A stretch of 64,000 nt of DNA, from positions 62,001 to 126,000 of the forward strand of contig JAVKOQ020000108.1 in assembly GCA_031835245.2 (NCBI GenBank). Direction: 5' to 3'. The DNA comes from Balamuthia mandrillaris. Taxonomy: Eukaryota. The notes beneath the pieces are model-generated. The model had not been told where the DNA came from. It worked only from the letters and a program-made list of their open reading frames with translations, and made no database searches. This document shows, piece after piece, positions 51,038 to 61,656 of the stretch (its first letter is position 1; every line of letters starts with the position of its first letter). The translations under genes and the position numbers were made by a program.

Positions 51038-52146
51038 ATGCGTCCATCCACAGCTCGGTTCTCCTTCCTCTCCTTCTTCGTTTTCCTGCTTTGCTGCTTG
51101 GCCTCTCGGACGCTGGCCCAACTGCCAGGCGAGGAATGCCCTTGCCACTGGCAGAACGCCGTCTCCCTTTCCGCCCTGGCCAACTCGGACGTCCAGGCCA
51201 TTGCGGCCTACGACTTCAACGGCGACTCCCACGCCGACCTCTTGGCGGGGGGCTACGACTACGGGCAGGTCGACCCGGCCTTCTACCACGGCGACGGCAC
51301 CGGGTCCTTCACCAAGCGAACCGACTTTGAGTTTGATAACCCGGGCACCACCACGGTGGACATCGAGTTGGTGTTCATCGACGACAATGACGCCGTGGAC
51401 ATTCTCTTGGCCAGCTCGGATCGAATGTTGGTTCGTGGCTCTCCCTTCCCTCTTTTTTTCTTTCTCCTTCTCAACAAAGAACCACAACAAAAAAGACCTT
51501 TGTCAGTTCCAACAAAGTCTACTGGGAGCCCGTCCAACTCATCGAGGACACCGGTTTCCCCCGAAGCGAGTACACGAAGGGCATGGCCGCCGGCCGTCTC
51601 AGCAACGACGCCTACGTGGACGTGGTGGAGGCCAACACACAGAACAGCGGCAATTTCATCCATTGGGGCATGCAGTACACCCCGCAGCAGGAGTACTGCT
51701 GGGAGGCTCAGGGCGGCAGTTGGGATAGCGTTGGCTCCAACGGCGTTGATGTCCAATTGGTAAGCATTTGTGCAAATTCTTGCTTTTGTTTTGTTTTGTT
51801 TTGTTTTGTTTTGTTTTGTTTTGTTTTGTTTTGTTTTGTTTTGTTTTGTTTTGTTTTGTTTGTTCTTGTTCTTTTCTTTTTCTTCTTCTTCCCCACCCTT
51901 TGTTTTGTTGGCTTCTTTCTTACCGCGATCATTCTTTCCAACTGATAGCATGACATAAACAACGACGGTTATGACGATGTCTTCTTTTTGGCGTATAACT
52001 TTGAGATATCCTCCCATTACGGCCAAAACTGGGAGGTGGTGGTGGCCCTCAACAATGGCTTCAGCAACTTGGGCAACTACTTCTTCACATCATTGCCTGC
52101 AGGTTCCTACAACCACCTCTATCTGGTACTTTCTCCTTTCCCATCT

Positions 52147-52214
<68 letters not shown>

Positions 52215-52984
52215 CCCTCTAATCCTTTGTAACAGGGAGACTTCAACGAAGATGGCATGCAAGACCTGTATATCACATGCATGGGCTGCAGGGATCTGGT
52301 ATGAAATGTTCCTTCTCTTTCTGAATCTCACATGTTTCTTCTCTTTCTGAGATTCACGTACCCTCTAACCAACTTTGTAAACCAACACAACGAAACGAAC
52401 TACAGGTACTTACAGGTAGGAATGGAGGCAAGCACTTTGATCTCGAATTTGTGAATGATGGCTCGGATGACTCGCGAGGCGCCATCATCTTGGACGTCAA
52501 CAACGACCAACACCTGGACATCTTTGTTATCAAGCACAACAAGGCCAACGTTTTGTTGCTCGGAGATGGGGAGGGAAACTTTATCGCCTCCACGTTGGTG
52601 AACTCGACCAAGTATTTTGGAGGGCTTGCAGGTGCCTCTGCGGACTTCAACGAGGATGGAGCTCCTGACTTTGTGGTGACAAACGCGTCTCCTAATCCAG
52701 CTCTGTTGTTCTTGTCTACCTGTGAATGTCCTCCTTCCTCTTCATCGTCGTCTGAAGAAGAACCTGCTTCTTCTTCATCCTCTGAGTCTTTGCCAGAAGA
52801 AGCTTCCTCTTCTTCAGGAAGTGAGGTTGTGGCGGATGGAGTTATAGATGACAGCGAAGAAGAAAGCAGCAATGGTGATGATAGTTCTTTGGATATAGAC
52901 GATGGCGTCATCCCTACGGATGGATCCTCCGATTCTTCTTCGTCTTCGTCTTCTTCTTCGAATGGTTAGTTATCTACCCGTTTG

Positions 52985-53020
<36 letters not shown>

Positions 53021-54635
53021 TTTCGTTTGCTAAGCATAGAGGTCCTAATGCAAAAGTTGCTGGAAGAAACGGAGAGGATGATGGAGACGATGGTAACAGC
53101 TCCATGACCATCGGCCTTGGCGTTGGTCTCCCCATATTGCTCCTTCTCTTGTTGGGCGCCATCATCGTCGTTGCTTTCTTCGTGCTGCGAGCCAGAAAAA
53201 TTGCGATGACCAGAGCGTCTGTGATAGGCGCCAGCGATGAAGAGATAGAAGAAGGAAGGTCTATCTATGCTTCCACTGATTCCCTGATCTCCACTTCGGG
53301 CGCCAAAGAGAAAGGCAGCAGCAGCTACAGCTATTCTTGCTGCTGGTGCTGTAGCCCCGCAGATCAAACACCTACCAGCTGGAGGACTTTCCTGGGCCAT
53401 TCAGTATGCAGACTTGGAGTTTCTCGAAGAGGTTGGCAAAGGGTTAGTCTTTCTTGAAGCTCTTTTTTTCATGGTCTTGTGTTCATTTGTTCTTACACAT
53501 GTGTACTGCTTCGCTGTGATATAGTGCATTTGGAGTTGTGTGGAAAGGCAAATGGAGAGGATCCACTGTGGCCATCAAAAAGGTTTCTCCCTCTCTCTCT
53601 CATCCCATATTCTTTGCAATGATGTTAACGCCTTTACTGTTCTAGTTGGGATTGGCCCAAGAAGACCTGAAGGCACTTCAAGGCGAAATCGAAATCATGC
53701 AGTTCGTATTCCCTTTCTTTACTCATCTTGCGCTTGTGTTGTTCTTCTTGCTTTTGTTCTTCTTCTTCCTCTTCCTCTTCTTCTTGTGGTTGTTTCTCTA
53801 CTAACAAACAAAAAACTAACTCAATAACAGAACTTTACGGCCACATGCCAACGTCGTTCAACTCATGGGCGTTTGTGTCGATAGCTCCAGCCCCTACCTC
53901 GTCACCGAGTACATGCCCAAAGGTGACCTCCGCCACTTCCTCCATTCTGCAGAGGGCAAGTCCAAGGTGGATGAAGCCATGATGATCCGCATGGCCAGGG
54001 AGATCGCCGCCGGCATGTGCCATTTGCACTCGGAAGGAATCACTCACAGAGACTTGGCTGCTCGCAACTTGTTGCTCACGAACGAGTGTGCTATCAAGGT
54101 GTCGGACTTTGGGTTGAGCCGCAGACGAAGTGAGGAGAGCGCAGAGATGGAGGAACAAACCACCATGTCCACTGTTGGTCCTCTGAAATGGTACCCGCTT
54201 TCGTGTTCTTTCGCGGTTTCTTTTGCTTCTTTCTTCCTCATCATTCTGTTTGTTTGCTTTGTTTGTAGGATGGCACCGGAGAGCATTCTTAATCATACGT
54301 ACTCGCCAAAGTCAGATGTGTGGAGCTATGGCATTGTCTTGTGGGAGATTGTGACCCATGGCAAGGAACCTTACAAGGGCTTAAGCCCCGTTCAAACCGC
54401 TATCACAGTTGCTGAAAGAAGTTTGTTTCTCTCTTTCTCTTTGGTGCTTCTGATCGCATTCATTCTTATACTTGTGCTTCTTTCTCATGCGACGATGACA
54501 GGAGAGACCTTAGAGATTCCAAATGACGCTCCAGAGGTATTGCAACAGATCATGCAGGATTGTTGGCAGTTTGAAGCTAAAGACAGACCCACCTTTCAAG
54601 AGCTGTTGGACATGCTCCCTGAACAGGATAGCTAA
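51038..54635 (+). CDS. Receptor kinase: signal peptide, FG-GAP/VCBS repeats, Ser/Asp/Glu linker, TM, tyrosine kinase(-like) domain
   Basis: DFNGDSHADL, DVNNDQHLDI, DFNEDGAPDF; TM IGLGVGLPILLLLLLGAIIVVAFFVL; HRDLAARN, DFG, GPLKW|MAPE, SDVWSYG. Confidence 0.9.
51785..51858. repeat. Intronic (TTTTG)n microsatellite
   Basis: Read directly. Confidence 0.95.
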
Positions 54636-54686
54636 ATGGTCTTTGTTGTTTCTAATAATAATAACGTGTGCTTATTTCTTGGTTGT

Positions 54687-54728
<42 letters not shown>

Positions 54729-54836
54729 CTGAGAGTCAAAGTTTTCAGAAAACGATAATATTGTCAAGTTTAAAACAGGCTGTAAACAAAGGGAGCAGGA
54801 AGGAGAGAAAGGCACAGAAGCGGTGTGTGCCTTTGC

Positions 54837-56065
54837 TTAGAAGAAGAACGGGCGCAAACTATGTGCGGAGCTGCCGTCATGTCCTCCTTGGTGGTCATCA
54901 GAACTCTCTTTGGAGTCTTCTTTATCCCCATCGTGATGCTTGCCATCGTCCACATCTCCGCCATCATCCCCATCATGATGCTTGCCGTCGTCCACGTCTC
55001 CTCCGTCATTCCCATCATGATGCTTGCCGTCGTCAACGTCACCTCCGTCCTTGCCATCACCGACGTTTCCTCCGTCGTGGTGCTTGCCATCAATGTCTCC
55101 TCCATCCTTTCCATCTCCGATATTACCGCCGTCATACACATCTCCACCATCATAGACGTTTCCACCATCGTGGATGTTACCTCCATCATAATCATCATAG
55201 ATGTTTCCACCATCGTAGCCAACGTTGCCGCCATCGTAACCATCGTAAACGTTGCCTCCGTTGTAGACATTGCCGCCATCATACCCGTCGTAGACGTTTC
55301 CACCATCATAGACGTTGCCTCCGTTGTAGACGTTTCCTCCATCGTAGTCGATGTTGCCTCCGTCGTAGACGTTGCCTCCATCATATATGTTTCCGCCATC
55401 GTAACCGATGTTGCCGCCGTCATACCCGTTGTAACCGATGTTTCCGCCATCGTATGTTACGTTTCCTCCGTTGTTACCGTCATAGATGTTTCCTCCGTCA
55501 TATGTGTTGTGTGTGTGTTTTTACCGTCGTATACGTTTCCTCCATCATAGACGTTCCCTCCGTTGTAGCCGATATTGCCACCATCGTAGACGATGCCACC
55601 ATCATAGACGTTTCCTCCATTATAGACGTTCCCTCCGTTGTAACCGATGTTGCCACCATCGTCTCCGCCATCAATGACGTTTCCTCCATCGTAGCCAATG
55701 TTGCCGCCATCGTAACTGTCATAGATGTTTCTACCATCATAGACGTTTCCTCCGTTATAGCCCACGTTGCCGCCGTCGTAACCGTCATAGATATTACCTC
55801 CGTCATAGGTAACGTCCCCTCCGTCGTATCGAATGTCTCCTCCGTCGTAGACGTTCCCTCCGTTGTATCCAACATTGCCGCCGTCATACCCGTCGTAACG
55901 GATGTTGCCACCGTCGTAGACGTTTCCTCCATTGTAGCCGATGTTGCCGCCATTGTAGTTGCCCCTCTTCGCGGGGGGGTTCGCTGCAAGTGCGGCAGTC
56001 GCGAAAACTGCAACCATCATTACCACCATCGCGAGCGTCAGTCGGTTGCCTCTCATCTTCACCAT
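54837..56065 (-). CDS. Secreted YDGG/YNGG-repeat protein, paralogue of 6045-7292; frame change at ~55490-55525
   Basis: Signal peptide, (N/D)(V/I)YDGG units, GGDVDDGKHHDG repeats, tail SSAHSLRPFFF. Confidence 0.78.
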
Positions 56066-56533
56066 GTGTCACCTTAAAGTTGTTTCTTGTGTGTTTTTGT
56101 TAAGTTTGTGTTGTGTTGTTTTGTTTTGCTTGTTGTGTTTGTTGAATGAAGCTCGTGATGATAATATAGCATTTTATAGTAGTAATGGTACCTTGAAGTT
56201 GCTTCCAAAGTAGGAAACAGGATGGTTTTAGAACCATGGTTGTCATTCCTGGAAAAATTGCCCACTTTCCTGCACTAAAGTGGGTTCCATTCCCCTCATT
56301 CATGTGTTTTCGATGGAAGCTCATGCAGGTAACGCTTTTCATTGGTGTGCCCATGTAATTTTGAAAACGAGCCACTTCTACGGGAGAAAAAAGAAGAAGG
56401 AAGGATGAAGAGAAAGAACAAGAAGAAGAAGAACAACAAGAAGAATAAAGAAAGAAGGGTGTAACTATTGGCAAGGAGATAAAAGAGTTTATGACTTTGA
56501 AGAAAGATACTTGCAAATAACACGGTTGTGTTT

Positions 56534-58374
56534 TCAATTCAGCAGAGAAAGGAAGGGCAGGAGGGTGGCAGCGCTTCCACCATCACCGTCTTCCCCGTCA
56601 GAAGGGGTACCATCTTCTTCCAGACCGTCATCAAGTTCGCTGGCATCCGAGAAGCTGTCGGAGTACTCGGGTTGCTCTCCGTCTGCCCTCCCGTCCTCCA
56701 AGCCATCCTCAATGCCATCTTCAACGCCGTCTTCAGCTCCATCAGCAACTCCGTCTTCAACGCCATCCTCAACTCCGTCTTCAGCTCCGTCTTCAACACC
56801 ATCCTCAACTCCGTCTTCAGCGCCATCCGTTCCATCGGCAATGCACTCGCAAGAAGACAAGAACAGCAAGTTGGCAGCCGGAGAACGAGTCGTGGATACA
56901 AAGTCAGGGTATCCATCCTCGTTGAAGTCGCCAAACACTCCATTCAAGTTGCCAGCACTCACAGAGTTAACTACGCCAGGTGCCAAAGTGAAGGCACCCG
57001 TGCCGTCGTTCAACAACAGCTTGCATGCGTCCAGGTCATTGAAAATGAAGGCGTCCAGGTCGGAGTCGCCATCAACGTCCACCAACGCAAGGGCCTGAGA
57101 GTCGTCGGTTTGGGTGGCAGTCAGGTAGACAATATCAAAGTCTGTGGGGGTGGAGGTTCCAAAGAGGATCTTTTGGTTGTGTTGTGGTTAGCTTGAGAAG
57201 AAACAAAAACGAGAAGAACAGAAGAGACAGAGAAGGAGGCATTACCACATCAGAACACAAAGCGCATGTGGCATAGAAGTCGATGTACTCGTCGTCATTA
57301 ATATAGCCCTGTTAGACGACAAAGGAGAGGCAAAATGTTAGCTTTCGATATAGAGATATAAACGACAACATGCCCTCGAAGAAACGAACCTTCTCGAGAC
57401 GAGTGTACTCTCCAGCTGCCAGGTTAATAAAAACCCATGATGCTCCTAGAATGCCGGTTGGTGCGTTGAGAACAACTGCCACCGTGGGAGTGTCCATGTG
57501 GTTAAAGTCATTCCTGCTGTACTGACCATTACCAAGAATAACCAAGTCCAGCCTAGCATCATCATTCAAGTCGTGCTGTTTGGTATCAAAGAGCAGATGT
57601 TTTTGTTAACATCCCCAAACGTTGAAGAAAGAAGGAAAGAAAGAGAGAGAGAGAGAGAAAGAGAAGTACCGTTTGTCCATCTACCGAGGAGCCTCCAAAC
57701 CATTCAGACTCGCCCTGAAAAGCTCCCTTCAGCTCATAGTCCCTGTAGACGATCTGGTCCCCCCAGCTCAGGAAGTTGTCCATTTCGGTTTGCAAGTCCA
57801 GGACGTCGGGGTAGTCATCTCCGTTGAAGTCACCCATTACAAGGGCGTTGGTGTACTCGGTCGACTGGGGGGAGGAGTCGTCCCAAGGCCACACGTGCAC
57901 GAAAATATCATCGGGGTCCGAAACGAAAGTCTTTTAAAAAAAATTACAAAATGGTTAATTGTTATTGTTGAAAGCAACCCAAGTTTAAAGTGCGTACGGT
58001 GATGCGTGTGCCGCCGCCAACACGATGTCGACGTCCTGGTCGGGGGAGGGATGGTCCAAAAGGCCCAACGCAAAGTCCTTTGTGAGACCCGAGCCTGGGT
58101 TGTTGAATTCAAAGTCCAACTTGGTAAAATTGCCGGCGCCGTCTCCGTACCAGATGAATGGACCCAGTAAGCCTGAGGACTTGCCCGTGAGGAGGTCAAG
58201 GTGTCCGTCCTTGTTAAAGTCATGGACTGCCGCTGCGTTCATGGTCTGGGTCATGTCGGAAAGCTCCTCTACCGTCTGCCAGTTGAGGCAGGGGCATGCC
58301 TCTCCCAACGCAAGCTCCGCAGAGCAGAAGAGAGAGAGCAGCAGAAAGGAGGCAACGGCCAAGTATCTCTGCAT
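56534..58374 (-). CDS. Secreted or GPI-type FG-GAP/VCBS repeat protein without a kinase; paralogue of the neighbouring kinase ectodomain
   Basis: Signal peptide; GEACPCLNWQ vs GEECPCHWQ; DFEFNNPG vs DFEFDNPG; LLFLSSCEC vs LLFLSTCEC; (EDGV/A)n stalk; hydrophobic tail SAATLLPFLSLLN. Confidence 0.85.
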
Positions 58375-58877
58375 TGTTTGTTGTGTATGGTGTGATGTGT
58401 ATTGGTCCGAAAAAATAACGACAACGTAGGATGCTTGAGTTTCAGTTTGCGTGGATGTGGGGCTCGAGGAAAACGGAAAGAAGGAGGAAGACGATTGGAC
58501 GTGTTAACTCAACTAGCCTTATAAAGGGAATTGGCTCTCCCACGTGAATCATCGTTTTGCTGATTTCAAACCTACGGGACCTTTTTTAACTCTCAGAAGC
58601 TCATTGCTTTTGGTGGTCAAACAAACGAGCAGAAATAAAACGCTTTACTGTTATTCGGGGAATTTATCATTGCTGCTAGCGTGTTTTCTTTTCCAAATGG
58701 CGCCCTTCCAGGAACAAGAGTCTTCGACCGTTTTTGTTCGGCAGAAAAACTGTGTTTCGTTGCATAAATCCGGTTCAAAGTTTGAACTTCAAACCCGCAA
58801 AACAGTCCACACACCACAGCCATGGTTCCGCTCATTGACCCTCTCTCTCTCTATCTCTCTCTGTCTCTCTCTGTCTC

Positions 58878-58918
<41 letters not shown>

Positions 58919-59119
58919 ATCTCTCTTGCTCCCAGCTTGTGTGTCCCTCTCTCCTCGTAATGTTACTTTTTTTCCTGACTACAATTCACCCCAATCAGAA
59001 ACATATGATAAGTCTACAGGAGTAGAGAGAACTGCGCCATCGGAGTCAATTAGGTTGCCAGACTATGACGGCATAGGGCAAGAAAACAGATAATCCCTTG
59101 GCGTCCCCGGTAATAACGG

Positions 59120-59320
59120 TACACCAGTCCTACACTAAGGCGGCGCCAAGATCAAGCCGATCCATGGGACAACGAAAATAAAGCAAAATTAGTAAAAGGA
59201 AAACAAAAAACAGAGAAACAAAAAATAACCCACCTCCGGCGTGCCTAATCACGGCTTGTCTTACGACTCGCTATAAGCAACGGTGCCGGCACCAAAGCAA
59301 CCTTACCGCCTACCGCCCCC
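59120..59320 (-). ncRNA. Predicted Fanzor omegaRNA (scaffold plus a guide from flanking DNA)
   Basis: Lies between the Fanzor stop codon and the element end. Stems AGGCGGU/GCCGCCU and CAAGCCG/CGGCUUG, plus a GUC-GUAA-GAC GNRA hairpin. Boundaries inferred. Confidence 0.6.
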
Positions 59321-61656
59321 TCACAGAGGAGGAGGAGGAGGTGGTAAGTGCTTGCAACGTAAAAAAGCGGATCAAGATGTTTCGGGCGGCGTTGGCATCT
59401 CGATCCGCCTGGTAGCCACACTCGGGTTGGGGGCACCGAAAGGTCTTGTTTCCCCCCAACTGGTGGTGGACTTGGCCGCACTTGCCGCAGGTCTTGGAGG
59501 TGTATTCCTCATCGCAGAGGCAGACCGTACAGGACGGAAATTGCTGGGCCTTGTTGAGGAGCCTCTGCCTGAAGCGATAGTGGGACCAGGTGAGCATGGC
59601 TCTGGCCGTTCGCGAGCCAATGCGGCGGTGGCCTCGCCGCACCATCTGCTGGCTCCTGAACTCTGGCAGAAGGATGAGGGAGAAGTTCCTGACCAACCAA
59701 GACACGAGCTTCTTGTGGAGGTCATCCACCAGGTTGCGGATCCTCTGGCGAAGCCGAGCAGCGGCCCTTCGGAGACGGCGCCGTTGTCTGTGGTTGACCT
59801 TGGTGCCCTTACTCTGCATGCGATCCAGGCGGTGGCACAGCTTGCCTATCTCGTTGATGTCCGCTTTGCCCCACTCGGTGACCTCCCCGCAGCCGTTGTA
59901 GGTGGTCATGAATGTGCGCACTCCTGGATCCAAGGCGATGATGCCTGCCTCTCTCCTTCGGTGCTCACGGGCTTGGCTCTCGCCCATGAGCTTCAAAGGC
60001 TGAGGCACGCAGAGGTAGTAATGGCCCAGTCGAGTGTCCTTCACCAGACGAACGGCATAGAGCACCTCTGACGGAACTTTGTAGTTCTTGTCCCTCGCTT
60101 TGATTCGCGCCTCCCCGAAGAAGAGTTGGCGGATAGAGCTGTTGTGGTTCCACTCCCTGGCTTGGATGCTGAGAGACTGGCTCTTGTCCTTCCTACCACG
60201 GAACTTCATCTGGAATCCAGTCGTGCCTCTGCCCGCCGCCAAGCTGCTTTTCACGCCGTTGAAGAAATCATCGACAGCGTCACTCCGAATGAATCGAGGA
60301 GTTTCCAACACCCACGCAAGGCTCTTGTTCTCTCCCTTGAAATTGCTGTTATTTAGGAATTTCTTCCTGACTTGTTCCTTCATCTCATCACGAGGCATTC
60401 CTTGATGTTCACGATGGAACTCCACGGCCTTGTTGTAGGTCCATCGTACTGTGCCGAACCACTTGGCCAGCGTCTTCTTTTGTTCTGAGCGCGGATAAAG
60501 GCGGATCTTCTCCACTCGCCCCACTACCGGTTTCTCCTCTCCGTTCTTGCCTTTTTTGGTGAGCTGTACGGCTGGGCGAGACGGAACGAGTCCCTCGATG
60601 AGGCCTAACAAGCCTTTCTGGTTTTTCTCCTCTTCTTCCTTCTCCTTCTCCTCTTCCTCTTCCTCCTTCTTCTCCTTCTCCTTCTTCTTCTCCTCCTCCT
60701 CCTCCAACACCTTTTCTCCGTTAGGAATGTGCTTGCAGGCGGTGAACCATCCTGAACCACAGGCAAAGGGTTCTTCCAAGCACAAGGCTTCCGGGCGTAT
60801 TAATCTTCTCCCGATTAAGCTGGAAAACTGGTTCCAAAAGGGCTGGGCGGGTGCAGCCTGCGGCCTTCCACGCTTCTGTGCCCTTGCCTGAGGTGCCGCT
60901 GGGGCGTTTTCCGCTCTTCTTTTCCGAGTAGCAGTGGAAGTAGCAGAAGTAGTGGCGCGACCCCCTTCCTTGTGGACCCGACCGAAGTGGATGGCCAACC
61001 CGTGAGAGGTAGCAAACTTTTTTCCGCACTGTGGGCAACTTGCCATTCAGGCCAGCTTCCAGCAGCGTTGTGGAAGAGGCGCACAGAGGTTCGTGATGCT
61101 GTTCTTTTTTAAACAAAAGAAATCATTAGTGAGTGGTTGGTAACAAATTTTTTTTCCATCATCAAAAAATGTAGTGAGCGAGCAGAGAAAAAAGAACGCT
61201 ACCTTTTCAATCGGAGCAGTGCCCCTGCCTGCGGCTGAACCGCTTCGGTTTCCACCTCTGCCTCCTTCCGCTGGTTTCCTCCTTGTGTAGTAGAAGCGTA
61301 GCAATGAGAAATACGGTGGTGCGTGGAGCTTCGTGGATGTGTGTGTCTGTGTGTTTACTTTTGAAAAGAAAGAAAAGAAGAGAAGAAAAGAAAACGAGTA
61401 GCAGAAAAGTGTCAAGGCGAATGACGAGTACCAAAAGTTTATTGGCGGCAGCAGCAGCATGAGCATCCATTCCGTACACCCCCCACCCCACACCCCAACC
61501 CACCACTTTGCCTTCAAAGACGTGGGAGAAGGAAGGGTTGTTTTGGCGGGAAACATGCTCATTGGCCCAAAAGACTAATGGCGTGATTTCTTTTTTCGTT
61601 GTCCTTAGATCTTATGATCTTTGCGCCGCCTTATTCTCTCACTGTCACCGGTCTTA
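59136..61656 (-). mobile_element. Non-autonomous Fanzor-carrying DNA transposon with imperfect inverted repeats and a 9-10-bp flanking direct repeat
   Basis: taaggcggcgccaagatc at 59136 vs gatctttgcgccgcctta ending at 61633 (17/18 match, extending to ggacaacgaaaa). agtcctacac occurs at 59126-59135 and 61656-61665. No transposase ORF is visible inside. Confidence 0.8.
59310..61046 (-). CDS. Fanzor (Fanzor2-like, TnpB/IS607-related) RNA-guided RuvC nuclease with an N-terminal C2H2 zinc finger
   Basis: KIRLYP...KWFGTVRWTYNKAV (OrfB HTH); RuvC-I IIALDPGVRTF; RuvC-II LLPEF; EEYTSKTCGKCG...FRCPQPECG zinc ribbon; RuvC-III DRDANAARNI; intronless, 578 aa. Confidence 0.93.
   Translation of the reverse strand: MASCPQCGKKFATSHGLAIHFGRVHKEGGRATTSATSTATRKRRAENAPAAPQARAQKRGRPQAAPAQPFWNQFSSLIGRRLIRPEALCLEEPFACGSGWFTACKHIPNGEKVLEEEEEKKKEKEKKEEEEEEKEKEEEEKNQKGLLGLIEGLVPSRPAVQLTKKGKNGEEKPVVGRVEKIRLYPRSEQKKTLAKWFGTVRWTYNKAVEFHREHQGMPRDEMKEQVRKKFLNNSNFKGENKSLAWVLETPRFIRSDAVDDFFNGVKSSLAAGRGTTGFQMKFRGRKDKSQSLSIQAREWNHNSSIRQLFFGEARIKARDKNYKVPSEVLYAVRLVKDTRLGHYYLCVPQPLKLMGESQAREHRRREAGIIALDPGVRTFMTTYNGCGEVTEWGKADINEIGKLCHRLDRMQSKGTKVNHRQRRRLRRAAARLRQRIRNLVDDLHKKLVSWLVRNFSLILLPEFRSQQMVRRGHRRIGSRTARAMLTWSHYRFRQRLLNKAQQFPSCTVCLCDEEYTSKTCGKCGQVHHQLGGNKTFRCPQPECGYQADRDANAARNILIRFFTLQALTTSSSSSVRGR

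Noticed and set aside
59135..59234. Apparent spliceosomal intron in the omegaRNA region (gtgggt...tactaat...ttag ending at the element end)
   Set aside because: Splicing would delete the 3' arms that pair with the 5' scaffold, the donor is weak, and the branch-to-AG distance is long. Spliced reads would revive the idea.
59283..60071. 262-aa plus-strand ORF antisense to Fanzor
   Set aside because: Shadow ORF of GC-rich coding sequence with no recognisable motif.
61047..61562. 171-aa ORF inside the transposon as a transposase or serine recombinase
   Set aside because: No DDE, HUH or resolvase motifs; low-complexity and probably UTR or promoter sequence.
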